Part shown: positions 50,153 to 58,290 of the stretch, in pieces
How positions within the stretch are numbered: the stretch's first letter is position 1
Layout of the letters: every line of letters starts with the position of its first letter
Source of the DNA: Candidatus Latescibacterota bacterium
Lineage (GTDB): Bacteria > Latescibacterota > UBA2968 > GCA-2709665
Direction: 5' to 3'
DNA length: 64,000 nucleotides
NCBI GenBank assembly: GCA_965208835.1
Contig: OZ242358.1
Location: 2,080,001 to 2,144,000 of the forward strand
Notes under the pieces: generated by a model
Told to the model about the DNA's origin: nothing
Seen by the model: the letters and a program-made list of their open reading frames with translations, nothing else
The model's database searches: none
Translations under genes and position numbers: made by a program

Positions 50153-50920
50153 GTGTTGCCCAGCATGCGCCTGGAGGACAAGGTCGTGATGGTAACGGGT
50201 GCCGGTTCCGGCATCGGCAGGGCCGTGGCCATAGCGGTAGCCGAGGCCGGGGCGCATTGTGTGCCCTGCGAATTGCCGGAAAAGACCGATGACGTGGAGG
50301 GCGTCTGCGCCGAGATCGAACGTCTGCAACGGCGGGCGCTGCCCGTTTCCCTGCGCCTGCCGGACCTGGACAGCATTGAACTGGCCGTAGATATAGCCGT
50401 GACGGAGATGGGGCGGATCGACGTGCTGGTGAACAACGCCGGTGTGAATATTCCCAGAGAGGCGCTGGAAGTCGACGAGGCGGACTGGGACGCCGTGATG
50501 GACGTGAATCTGAAGGGTCTGTTCTTCATGTCCCAGCGGGCCGGACGCAGGATGGTGAACGCCGGAGGAGGAAAGATCGTCAATATCGCCTCGCAAAACG
50601 GAGTGATCGGGTACTATCGCCGCGCGGCCTACTGTTCGAGCAAAGCGGGTGTGGTGAATCTGACCCGTGTGCTGGCGCTCGAGTGGGCGCCGCACGGAAT
50701 CAACGTGAACGCCGTCGGTCCCACGTTCATCCTCACCCCCCTGACGCAGTCCACGTTCGACGATCCGGCGCTACGGGAGGATCTGTTGAAGCGGATTCCT
50801 CTGGGACGGGTGGGGCGGCCCGAGGACGTCGTGGGCGCCGTGGTCTTCCTCGCGAGTCCGGCCGCGGACCTGATCACGGGGCATACGCTGCTGGTTGACG
50901 GAGGCTGGACGGCCGTCTAG
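50153..50920 (+). CDS. Short-chain dehydrogenase/reductase
   Basis: TGAGSGIG, NNAG, YCSSK and VDGG motifs. Confidence 0.93.
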   Translation: MLPSMRLEDKVVMVTGAGSGIGRAVAIAVAEAGAHCVPCELPEKTDDVEGVCAEIERLQRRALPVSLRLPDLDSIELAVDIAVTEMGRIDVLVNNAGVNIPREALEVDEADWDAVMDVNLKGLFFMSQRAGRRMVNAGGGKIVNIASQNGVIGYYRRAAYCSSKAGVVNLTRVLALEWAPHGINVNAVGPTFILTPLTQSTFDDPALREDLLKRIPLGRVGRPEDVVGAVVFLASPAADLITGHTLLVDGGWTAV

Positions 50921-50953
50921 CCGCCCATAGAAAGAGCCCATCCGGGCTACGGC
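50920..50953. repeat. Family A remnant (one end only)
   Basis: TAG-CCGCCCATAGAAAGAGCCCATCCGGGCTACGGCC resembles the family A end GCAGCCCGTTGAAAGAGTCCATCCGGGCTGCGGCC. Confidence 0.6.
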
Positions 50954-50979
50954 CCAACCCTGTTGAACTGGATACAAGA

Positions 50980-51945
50980 ATGGATTCGCCCGGCATCTCC
51001 GCAGTCGCTGTAGTCGGAGCGGGAACCATGGGTTCCGGAATCGCCGGCATGTTCGCCCGGGCGGGGTGTCATGTCCGGCTGGTCGATCTGAGCGATGCAT
51101 TGCTCGATCGGGCGATCGCGCGGCTGCGGCTGGGACAGGAGGCGCTGGTCGAAGCGGGCCTGCTTCTCCCGCGAGACGCCGATGCCTCCATGGCACGGGT
51201 CATCCCGACAACGGATCTGGCCGAAGCGTGCGACGGGTCGGATTTCCTCCTGGAGGCGGTGACCGAAGACCTCGCGTTGAAGCAGGAGCTGTTCGCGGCA
51301 TTTGACGGACTCTGTCCGCGTGAAACCGTTCTGGCCACCAATACGTCGGGCCTGTCCGTGACCGCCATTGCCCGTGCGACCGGTCGTCCGGATCGGGTGG
51401 GGGGGATGCATTTCTGGAATCCGCCGCATCTCGTTCCGCTGGTGGAAGTGATTCGCGCCGACACCACTTCCGACGATACGGCTGAACGTCTGAAGGCCGT
51501 CGCCCTGCGGTTGAACAGGAAGCCGATCATGGTGAGGCGGGACATTCCCGGATTCGTGGGGAACCGCCTGCAGTTCGCCGTGGTGCGGGAGGCCTTGCAC
51601 CTGCTGCAGGAGGGGGTGGCATCCGCCGAGGATATCGATACGGCGATGACGGCGGGCCCGGGCCTGCGTTACAGTTTCATGGGGCCGCTGCGCACCGCCG
51701 ACCTGGGCGGACTGGATGTGTTCAGGGCCATCAGCAGCTATCTGTTCGCCAGCTTGAGCGTGGATCGGGAAGCGCCCGAGACGTTGCACGCGCTCGTAGA
51801 GGCCGGGAAGCTCGGCGCGAAGACTGGATCGGGATTCTACCGCTATTCAGACGCTGATCTCGGCCAGTTCATACGGCGCCGGGATCGGATCCTGCTGAAG
51901 TTGACGGAGGTTTTGGAAGCGGAAGAGGACGTGAAAGATGGCTGA
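50980..51945 (+). CDS. 3-hydroxyacyl-CoA dehydrogenase family protein
   Basis: GAGTMGSG, EAVTE, TNTS, MHFWNPP and PGFVGNRL motifs. Confidence 0.92.
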   Translation: MDSPGISAVAVVGAGTMGSGIAGMFARAGCHVRLVDLSDALLDRAIARLRLGQEALVEAGLLLPRDADASMARVIPTTDLAEACDGSDFLLEAVTEDLALKQELFAAFDGLCPRETVLATNTSGLSVTAIARATGRPDRVGGMHFWNPPHLVPLVEVIRADTTSDDTAERLKAVALRLNRKPIMVRRDIPGFVGNRLQFAVVREALHLLQEGVASAEDIDTAMTAGPGLRYSFMGPLRTADLGGLDVFRAISSYLFASLSVDREAPETLHALVEAGKLGAKTGSGFYRYSDADLGQFIRRRDRILLKLTEVLEAEEDVKDG

Positions 51946-52936
51946 TCTGGCAACCGGATCGGGGCCGTTGTTTACAGATCCCGATCCCGAGGCGGCACGA
52001 CGGGTCTTCCGGAAGAAACGGGCGGCCTTTGAAGACAAGGTGACGACTGTCCGCGACGCGGTTTCACGATTCGTGAGAGACGGCGACTATGTCGCGTCCG
52101 GAGGGTTCGGCGCCAACCGGATTTCGACCGCCTGCATGCACGAGATCCTTCGGCAGGGCAGGAAGAATCTGGGTTTTGCCGGCCATACGACGACCCACGA
52201 CTTCGAAATCCTTTCCGCCGGCAACCGGAATGGCCGCAAGCTGCTGAACCGAGTGGATGCGGCCTATATCGTCGGTTTGGAGGCAAGGGGATTGTCGCCG
52301 CAGGCACGGCGCATGATGGAAAGCGGCGAAATCACCGTGTGCGAATGGACGAACTATGCCCTGGCGGCGCGTTTCCGGGCGGCGGCCGCGGGTGTTCCGT
52401 TTTTGCCAATGCGGAGCCTGCTTGGAACGGATACCTTCGAGCGCAGCGCTGCAAAGGAGATCGTGTGTCCGTTCACGGGACACAAGCTTCTGGCCGTGCC
52501 GGCGCTCTATCCCGATGTCTCGTTTATTCACGTACACGAGAGCGATCCCTGTGGGAACTCCCGGATTCGCGGCATCGCCGTGGCGGATTTCGATCTGGCG
52601 CGCGCCTCCAAACGGCTGGTCGTTACCACGGAGAGACTCGTCAGCACCGATGAGATCCGGCGGACGCCGGAAGCCACGGTGATTCCCGCGTTCTGTGTGG
52701 ACGCGGTCTGCGAGGTGCCGTTCGGTTCTTACCCGGGAAACATGGCGGGTGAGTACTTCTCGGACGAGGATCACCTTAAGGAATGGCTGGACGTCGAAAG
52801 GGATGAGGAGCGGTTCGAGGCCTTTCTTGAGAAAAATATCTATGGGGTGGCGTGTTTTGAGGAGTACGTGCGCCTTTGTGGCGGCTTGGAACGCCTGGAA
52901 GAACTGCGGCGTGTGGAGTTGCATCCGGAGTCATAG
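51938..52936 (+). CDS. CoA-transferase subunit A (glutaconate/3-oxoadipate type)
   Basis: FVRDGD..GGF, AAAAGVPFLP, PDVSFIHV and PFGSYP motifs. Confidence 0.88.
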   Translation: MADLATGSGPLFTDPDPEAARRVFRKKRAAFEDKVTTVRDAVSRFVRDGDYVASGGFGANRISTACMHEILRQGRKNLGFAGHTTTHDFEILSAGNRNGRKLLNRVDAAYIVGLEARGLSPQARRMMESGEITVCEWTNYALAARFRAAAAGVPFLPMRSLLGTDTFERSAAKEIVCPFTGHKLLAVPALYPDVSFIHVHESDPCGNSRIRGIAVADFDLARASKRLVVTTERLVSTDEIRRTPEATVIPAFCVDAVCEVPFGSYPGNMAGEYFSDEDHLKEWLDVERDEERFEAFLEKNIYGVACFEEYVRLCGGLERLEELRRVELHPES

Positions 52937-53007
52937 CCCGCGGGGTGGCGGAGGGTTCCGGCGCTCTCCGTGTCGTTTCGGGACGACGAGGTCGAAGGGA
53001 ACTGTGC

Positions 53008-53775
53008 ATGCCTGAGTACAGCGCCACCGAACTGGCGATCTGCACTGCATCCAGAATGCTGGAGGACGGTGCGACCGTGGGCGTTGGAACCGGCGCGCCG
53101 TGCGCAACGGCGATGCTTGCGCAGAAACGGCACGCGCCGCATCTGCTCGTCGCGTTCGAAGCGGGAGGGCTCGCGCCCCTGTTGCCGTCCATGCCGATAT
53201 CGGTTGGGGATTCAAGGACATTCTATCGGGCGCAGATGGCGACCAGCATGGGCGACGTCATGGAGGCGTGCCAGCGGGGGATGATGGACTACGCATTCCT
53301 GGGCGGTGCCCAGATCGATCCGTTCGGTAATCTCAACTCAACGGTGATCGGCAATTACACACACCCCAGGGTACGGTTTCCGGGAAGCGGCGGCGGCAAC
53401 GACTTCGCCAGTTTGTGCTGGCGCACGATGGTGATGACGCAACACGATCGGAGGCGGTTCGTGGAGCGGCTGGATTTCTTGACGACCCCGGGCTTCCTTT
53501 CAGGTCCGGGCGCCCGGGAGGCGGCAGGGTTGCCCGGCGGGGGCGGACCCCACAAGGTGATTACGGATCTGGCGGTAATGGGGTATGATCCCGAATCCTG
53601 CCGGATGCGGGTCGAGAGTCTGCATCCGGGGGTCACGTTCGAAACGGTTCAGGAAAACACCGGATTCGAATTGCTGCCGGCGCCTCAGGTGCGCGAAACG
53701 GCGCCGCCGGACGACGAGGAACTGCGCATCCTCAGGGAAGAGGTGGATCCCTACAGGTACATAATCGGCAGATGA
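53008..53775 (+). CDS. CoA-transferase subunit B
   Basis: FEAG (catalytic Glu), GGAQIDPFGNLNST, PGSGGGND and ENTGF motifs. Confidence 0.9.
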   Translation: MPEYSATELAICTASRMLEDGATVGVGTGAPCATAMLAQKRHAPHLLVAFEAGGLAPLLPSMPISVGDSRTFYRAQMATSMGDVMEACQRGMMDYAFLGGAQIDPFGNLNSTVIGNYTHPRVRFPGSGGGNDFASLCWRTMVMTQHDRRRFVERLDFLTTPGFLSGPGAREAAGLPGGGGPHKVITDLAVMGYDPESCRMRVESLHPGVTFETVQENTGFELLPAPQVRETAPPDDEELRILREEVDPYRYIIGR

Positions 53776-53791
53776 ACCGCGGAGGCTTCGT

Positions 53792-54655
53792 ATGTCATCA
53801 GTAAAGGAGATTTACCGGTTCGACGAGTTGACGTGGCCGGAGGTGAACGAGGCGGTCGCGATGGGGAAGATACCCATTGTCCCTACCGGATCCGTGGAAC
53901 AGCACGGGCACCATCTTCCGCTGAAGGTGGATCATCTCTGTGCCAATGCGGTGGCAACGGAGGCCGCACGGCGGAAGCCGGAGTTTAGCCTGGTATTGCC
54001 GCCGGTCAGCTACGGTTACGTTCACCACGTGATGGACTTTCCGGGGTCATTGAATATTCACTTCGAGCATTTTATCCAGTATGTGCTGGATATTTGCAAG
54101 AGTCTGGCCTATCATGGATTCAAGAAGATGATTCTGGTTAACGGGCACGGATCCAATCATAACCTTGTAGACATGGTGGCCAGGCGCACAATCGTCGAGA
54201 CGGATGCCAGTTGCGTATTCTGTTCCTGGTGGGAGTTGTTGAGGGTGAATCCGGACTTCGACAAGGAATGGCGCGAAAGCGTGTTCCCCGGCGGCTGCGC
54301 CCATGCGGGCGAGCTGGAGACGTCGATGATGCTGCACCTCGCGCCCGATAGTGTACGCAAGGACCGGATCAGGAGTGAAATCGCCAAAACGAACAAACTG
54401 GGATCGAAATTCGTCTGGACGGACCTGTTCTCCAAGGGAGCGATGGGTCTGATCGAGTGGACGAGCCAGTATACGGACAGCGGCGTGATGGGTGAGGCCG
54501 AAAAGGCCACAGCGGAAAAAGGGAGGGTCGTCTTTGAAGAGGCCAGCAGCAATCTGGCGGAGTTCATCGAGGAATACCACGGGATGAAGATTGCCGACCG
54601 TACGAAACACCAGGCAAATGTGCCGACATTTCCGCTGTCGTATCCTACAGATTAG
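53792..54655 (+). CDS. Creatininase-family amidohydrolase
   Basis: GSVEQHGHHLP.D, NGHGSN and HAGELETS motifs. Confidence 0.92.
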   Translation: MSSVKEIYRFDELTWPEVNEAVAMGKIPIVPTGSVEQHGHHLPLKVDHLCANAVATEAARRKPEFSLVLPPVSYGYVHHVMDFPGSLNIHFEHFIQYVLDICKSLAYHGFKKMILVNGHGSNHNLVDMVARRTIVETDASCVFCSWWELLRVNPDFDKEWRESVFPGGCAHAGELETSMMLHLAPDSVRKDRIRSEIAKTNKLGSKFVWTDLFSKGAMGLIEWTSQYTDSGVMGEAEKATAEKGRVVFEEASSNLAEFIEEYHGMKIADRTKHQANVPTFPLSYPTD

Positions 54656-54686
54656 CCGTAATTCGAAAGAGGATATCCGTTAAATT

Positions 54687-54770
54687 GGCCACAATGAGCG
54701 CAAAAGCACAAAAAGCACAGAAGGCGACGGTACGAATCGTCGCGGCCTGTCCATCCTGTTTATCCATGTG
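54687..54770. repeat. Short periodic repeats flanking a hairpin
   Basis: (A)AAAAGCAC tandem, hairpin GCGACG/CGTCGC, then CCTGTCCAT-CCTGTTTAT-CCATGT. Confidence 0.5.
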
Positions 54771-54811
54771 AGTTTTCGTTTCTGAATTAATCGGGTTAAA
54801 GGAGGTGCGGA

Positions 54812-55780
54812 ATGAAGCTCGTTACGTATGGTATCGGTAGAGACCGCTACGTAGGGTCCGTCGCGGCGGATGGCCGAATCGTCGTGGATCTCGCGGCCGC
54901 GGAAGGAGAACTGGCCGGCGGCCAGGGCCGGGAAGCGCGCGGATATTTCAGCGATATGCTCGCGTTGCTCGATGCGGGCGGGGCCGGTCTGCGCGCGGCG
55001 AAACAGGTAACGCGATTCGCAGAGGGCCGGCTTGGCGGGGACGCGGACGGGCGGCTCGGCCACCCGATCGGCAAGGTGCGGCTCAAGGCGCCCGTGCCGA
55101 ATCCCCGCAAGGTGTTCTGCCTCGCGGGCAACTATCAGGACCACATTGAAGAAGGCGGGGGAAAAATAGCCATCCAGGACAAGGAAACGCCCCGCGTATT
55201 CATGAAGCCGCCGTCTACGACCGTAATCGGCCCCGGAGACCGCATCCTGATTCCGCCAGTCGCCAGGTCGATCGACTGGGAGGGGGAGTTGGCCGTCGTG
55301 ATGGGACGCAAGGCGAAAGCCGTCAAGGCGGAAGAGGCGCTGAAATACGTGGCCGGATATACCATCATGAACGACGTCTCGGAACGGGACCTGGTTATCA
55401 AGGAACGCACCGACAGCCGCGAACGCGACATGTGGTTCGACTGGCTGAACGGAAAGTGGCTGGATACGTTCGGGCCCCAGGGGCCGTGGATCGTGACCTC
55501 GGACGAGATTCAGGATCCGCAGTCGCTGGAGATCAGCACCTACGTGAACGGCGAGAGAAAACAGAACAACAACACGGGGCAGATGTTATACCCTGTCGAT
55601 ATGATCATCGAATATATCTCGGCGATCATCACACTCGAACCGGGCGACCTGATCAGCACCGGCACGATTTCCGGAGTGGGCGCGACCACGGGGACCTTCA
55701 TGAAGCCCGGTGACCGCGTGGAAATCGAAATCTCGGGAATCGGTGTCTTGCGGAATGGGGTGGCGGCAAGCAAATGGTGA
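54812..55780 (+). CDS. Fumarylacetoacetate hydrolase family protein
   Basis: NYQDH, FMKP, DWEGEL, NDVSERD, GKWLDTF and STGT motifs. Confidence 0.92.
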   Translation: MKLVTYGIGRDRYVGSVAADGRIVVDLAAAEGELAGGQGREARGYFSDMLALLDAGGAGLRAAKQVTRFAEGRLGGDADGRLGHPIGKVRLKAPVPNPRKVFCLAGNYQDHIEEGGGKIAIQDKETPRVFMKPPSTTVIGPGDRILIPPVARSIDWEGELAVVMGRKAKAVKAEEALKYVAGYTIMNDVSERDLVIKERTDSRERDMWFDWLNGKWLDTFGPQGPWIVTSDEIQDPQSLEISTYVNGERKQNNNTGQMLYPVDMIIEYISAIITLEPGDLISTGTISGVGATTGTFMKPGDRVEIEISGIGVLRNGVAASKW

Positions 55781-55855
55781 CCGGTTGACGCGGACCCCGG
55801 TAATGTTCGTCGTGCAGGGCGAGGTGCCAATTTTGAAAATCCCGGGAATGGTGAT

Positions 55856-56887
55856 ATGGACGCAAGGAGCAAACGCAAGATCAACTGGTACCGTTGCCCG
55901 CTGGACCGTGAGACGCTGAACGCATTGAATCGGCGCAGCGACTCGCTGGGGTTCCTGCAGACCCTGGGCCACCTCGGCGTACTCACGCTCACCGGTGCGT
56001 CTGCCTGGTATGCATCTGAACATCTTGCGCCGCCCTTCCTGATCCTGGCTCTTTTTCTGCACGGTACCGGCTACGCGTTTTTGTTGAACGGGTTTCACGA
56101 GTTCTGTCACGGCACCGTGTTCCGATCGAGGTGGTTGAACGTGGTGTTTCTCAAGGTCTTCAGTTTCATGGGCTGGTACAATCCCGTATTCTTCTGGACC
56201 AGCCACTCCAAGCACCACCAGTTCACCCTTCATCCTCCGGACGATATGGAAGTTGTCCTGCCGGTGGAAATAACGCTCAGGAGCTTTCTCAAGGCCGCGG
56301 TGGTCAATCCATGGGGTTTGTACAACAGACTGAAGGGTGTGGTCCGGTTGAGCCTGGGCAAACTGGAGGGTCCATGGGAGCGTGTGCTGTTTCCCGAGTC
56401 TGAACCCGCGCTGCGGCGACGCCTGTTCAACTGGGCCCGCATCCTGCTTGCGGGGCACGCGGTGCTTGCTGGCGTATCGATCTATTTCGGATTGTGGATG
56501 CTTCCGCTGCTGGTCACGCTGGCTCCCTTCTACGGCGGGTGGCTTCTCTTCCTCTGCAACAACACGCAGCACGTCGGACTTCAGGACAACGTGCCTGACT
56601 TCCGGTTGAACAGCCGGACGGTCATTCTGAACCCGCTGTTCCGTTTTCTCTATTGGCATATGAACTACCACATCGAACATCACATGTACGCCGCGGTACC
56701 CTGCTATCGCCTGGGGAAACTGCACAGGCTGATCGTGGCGGACATGCCCCGGTGCCCCGTCGGCCTCCTCTCTTGCTGGAAGGAGATAATCGGCATTCTC
56801 AAAAAGCAGAAAGCGGACTCCGGATACCAGTTTACGGCTGAACTGCCCGCGCGGGTGGACGGTTACGATCCAAGGCCCGCGGATTGA
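55856..56887 (+). CDS. Membrane di-iron fatty-acid-desaturase-family enzyme (MocD-like)
   Basis: His boxes HEFCH, HSKHH, QH and YHIEHH. Confidence 0.88.
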   Translation: MDARSKRKINWYRCPLDRETLNALNRRSDSLGFLQTLGHLGVLTLTGASAWYASEHLAPPFLILALFLHGTGYAFLLNGFHEFCHGTVFRSRWLNVVFLKVFSFMGWYNPVFFWTSHSKHHQFTLHPPDDMEVVLPVEITLRSFLKAAVVNPWGLYNRLKGVVRLSLGKLEGPWERVLFPESEPALRRRLFNWARILLAGHAVLAGVSIYFGLWMLPLLVTLAPFYGGWLLFLCNNTQHVGLQDNVPDFRLNSRTVILNPLFRFLYWHMNYHIEHHMYAAVPCYRLGKLHRLIVADMPRCPVGLLSCWKEIIGILKKQKADSGYQFTAELPARVDGYDPRPAD

Positions 56888-56899
56888 CCTCCTCCATAA

Positions 56900-57061
56900 G
56901 AAGCTGTTTTAAAATTCCCAGCGGTCTTCGCGCGGCTGCAAAAGCGCCGGTCGGCGTTGGTCAAATCCACCCGTATAGACAAATATGGGCGGATTTTCCC
57001 GCCTTGACCGCCACTTTTTCGCTCGCGCTCGGGAACTCACCGGTAGTTTTAAAACAGCTTC
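56900..57061. mobile_element. MITE-like repeat family B copy (162 bp) with TAA target duplication
   Basis: TAA-GAAGCTGTTTTAAAA...TTTTAAAACAGCTTC-TAA. Confidence 0.92.
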
Positions 57062-57096
57062 TAAGCGACACAACCCCTGAGAGAACAATCGACACC

Positions 57097-58290
57097 GTGG
57101 CCGATCGCCCCAAAATTGCCGCCGTTGTTACCGAGTACCGCAAGTACTCCCACGCCCAGCACATTTGCGACCGCTTTCTCGAAGGATACGGTTGGAACGG
57201 CCGCCATCACATCCCGCCGATGGACCTCGTCTCTCTGTACGTGGACCAGCGGCCGGAAGGCGACCTGAGCGAGGAGCGGGCAGCGCGCTTCCCCGGTTTG
57301 TCGATTTTTCCAACGGTGGCCGACGCGCTCACCCTGGGCGGACCGGAACTGGCCGTTGACGGCGTTCTGCTCGTCGGTGAGCACGGGGAGTACGGCACCA
57401 ATGAAAAGGGTCAGCTCCTCTATCCGCGTTACGAACTGTTCAAGCAGATCGCCGCCGTTTACCGCACGTCGGGCAGGAGCGCACCGGTATTCAATGACAA
57501 GCATCTGTCGTGGCGTTGGGAATGGGCGCGGGAGATGTACGATGTTTCACGGGAGATGGGCTTCGCCTTTATGGCGGGCTCGTCGCTTCCTGTGACGTGG
57601 CGCACACCCTCCATCGACATGCCGCTGGGCGCCCGCGTGGCGGAAGCCATGTGCATCGGATACGGCGGGGTGGACACATACGACTTCCACGCTCTCGAGA
57701 CACTGCAGTGCATGGTCGAACGGCGGCGGGGGGGCGAGACCGGCGTGCGCTGGATCGACACGTACCGGGGCGAACGCTTCTGGGCCGCCCACCATAGTCG
57801 TGTGTGGTCACGTGAGCTGTTCGAAGCCTGTCTGTCTCGCAGCCATACGCTCGCGCAACCGCGACCGGGGTTCAGTCACGTGTTACCGACCCTGGACGAA
57901 ATGAAGTCGCTCGAGGATGACCCTGTTGCCTACCAGTACGAACACAACGACGGCTTGATATCAACCATGATTCTGCTGAACGGCGTCGTGCGGGACTTCA
58001 ATTTCGCCGCGTACCTGCAGGGACGGGACAAACCCCTCTCCACCCAGATGTACCTGCCTATGCCACCCGCGTACACAACGCTGGCGAACTTCTTCTCGCC
58101 CCAGGTCAACAACGTGGAACAGATGTTCCTCAGCGGAATAGCCACGTACCCCGTCGAACGGACGCTGCTCACCACCGGACTCGTGGCTGCGGGCGTGGAC
58201 AGCCTGAACAGCGGCCAGTCCCGCGTTCAGACGCCGCACCTCAACGTGATCTATTCACCCAATCCCGAGTCAACCTACTGGAGAACGTAA
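57097..58290 (+). CDS. Uncharacterised oxidoreductase-like protein, paralog 1
   Basis: SHAQHI, SLYVDQ, GEHGEY, PVFNDKHLS, AGSSLP and HALE motifs shared with the next gene. Confidence 0.8.
   Translation: MADRPKIAAVVTEYRKYSHAQHICDRFLEGYGWNGRHHIPPMDLVSLYVDQRPEGDLSEERAARFPGLSIFPTVADALTLGGPELAVDGVLLVGEHGEYGTNEKGQLLYPRYELFKQIAAVYRTSGRSAPVFNDKHLSWRWEWAREMYDVSREMGFAFMAGSSLPVTWRTPSIDMPLGARVAEAMCIGYGGVDTYDFHALETLQCMVERRRGGETGVRWIDTYRGERFWAAHHSRVWSRELFEACLSRSHTLAQPRPGFSHVLPTLDEMKSLEDDPVAYQYEHNDGLISTMILLNGVVRDFNFAAYLQGRDKPLSTQMYLPMPPAYTTLANFFSPQVNNVEQMFLSGIATYPVERTLLTTGLVAAGVDSLNSGQSRVQTPHLNVIYSPNPESTYWRT

Noticed and set aside
1861-57061. CRISPR array or integron attC interpretation of the repeats
   Set aside because: The copies are dispersed and long, with no repeat-spacer periodicity, no cas or intI gene, and no GTTRRRY cassette structure
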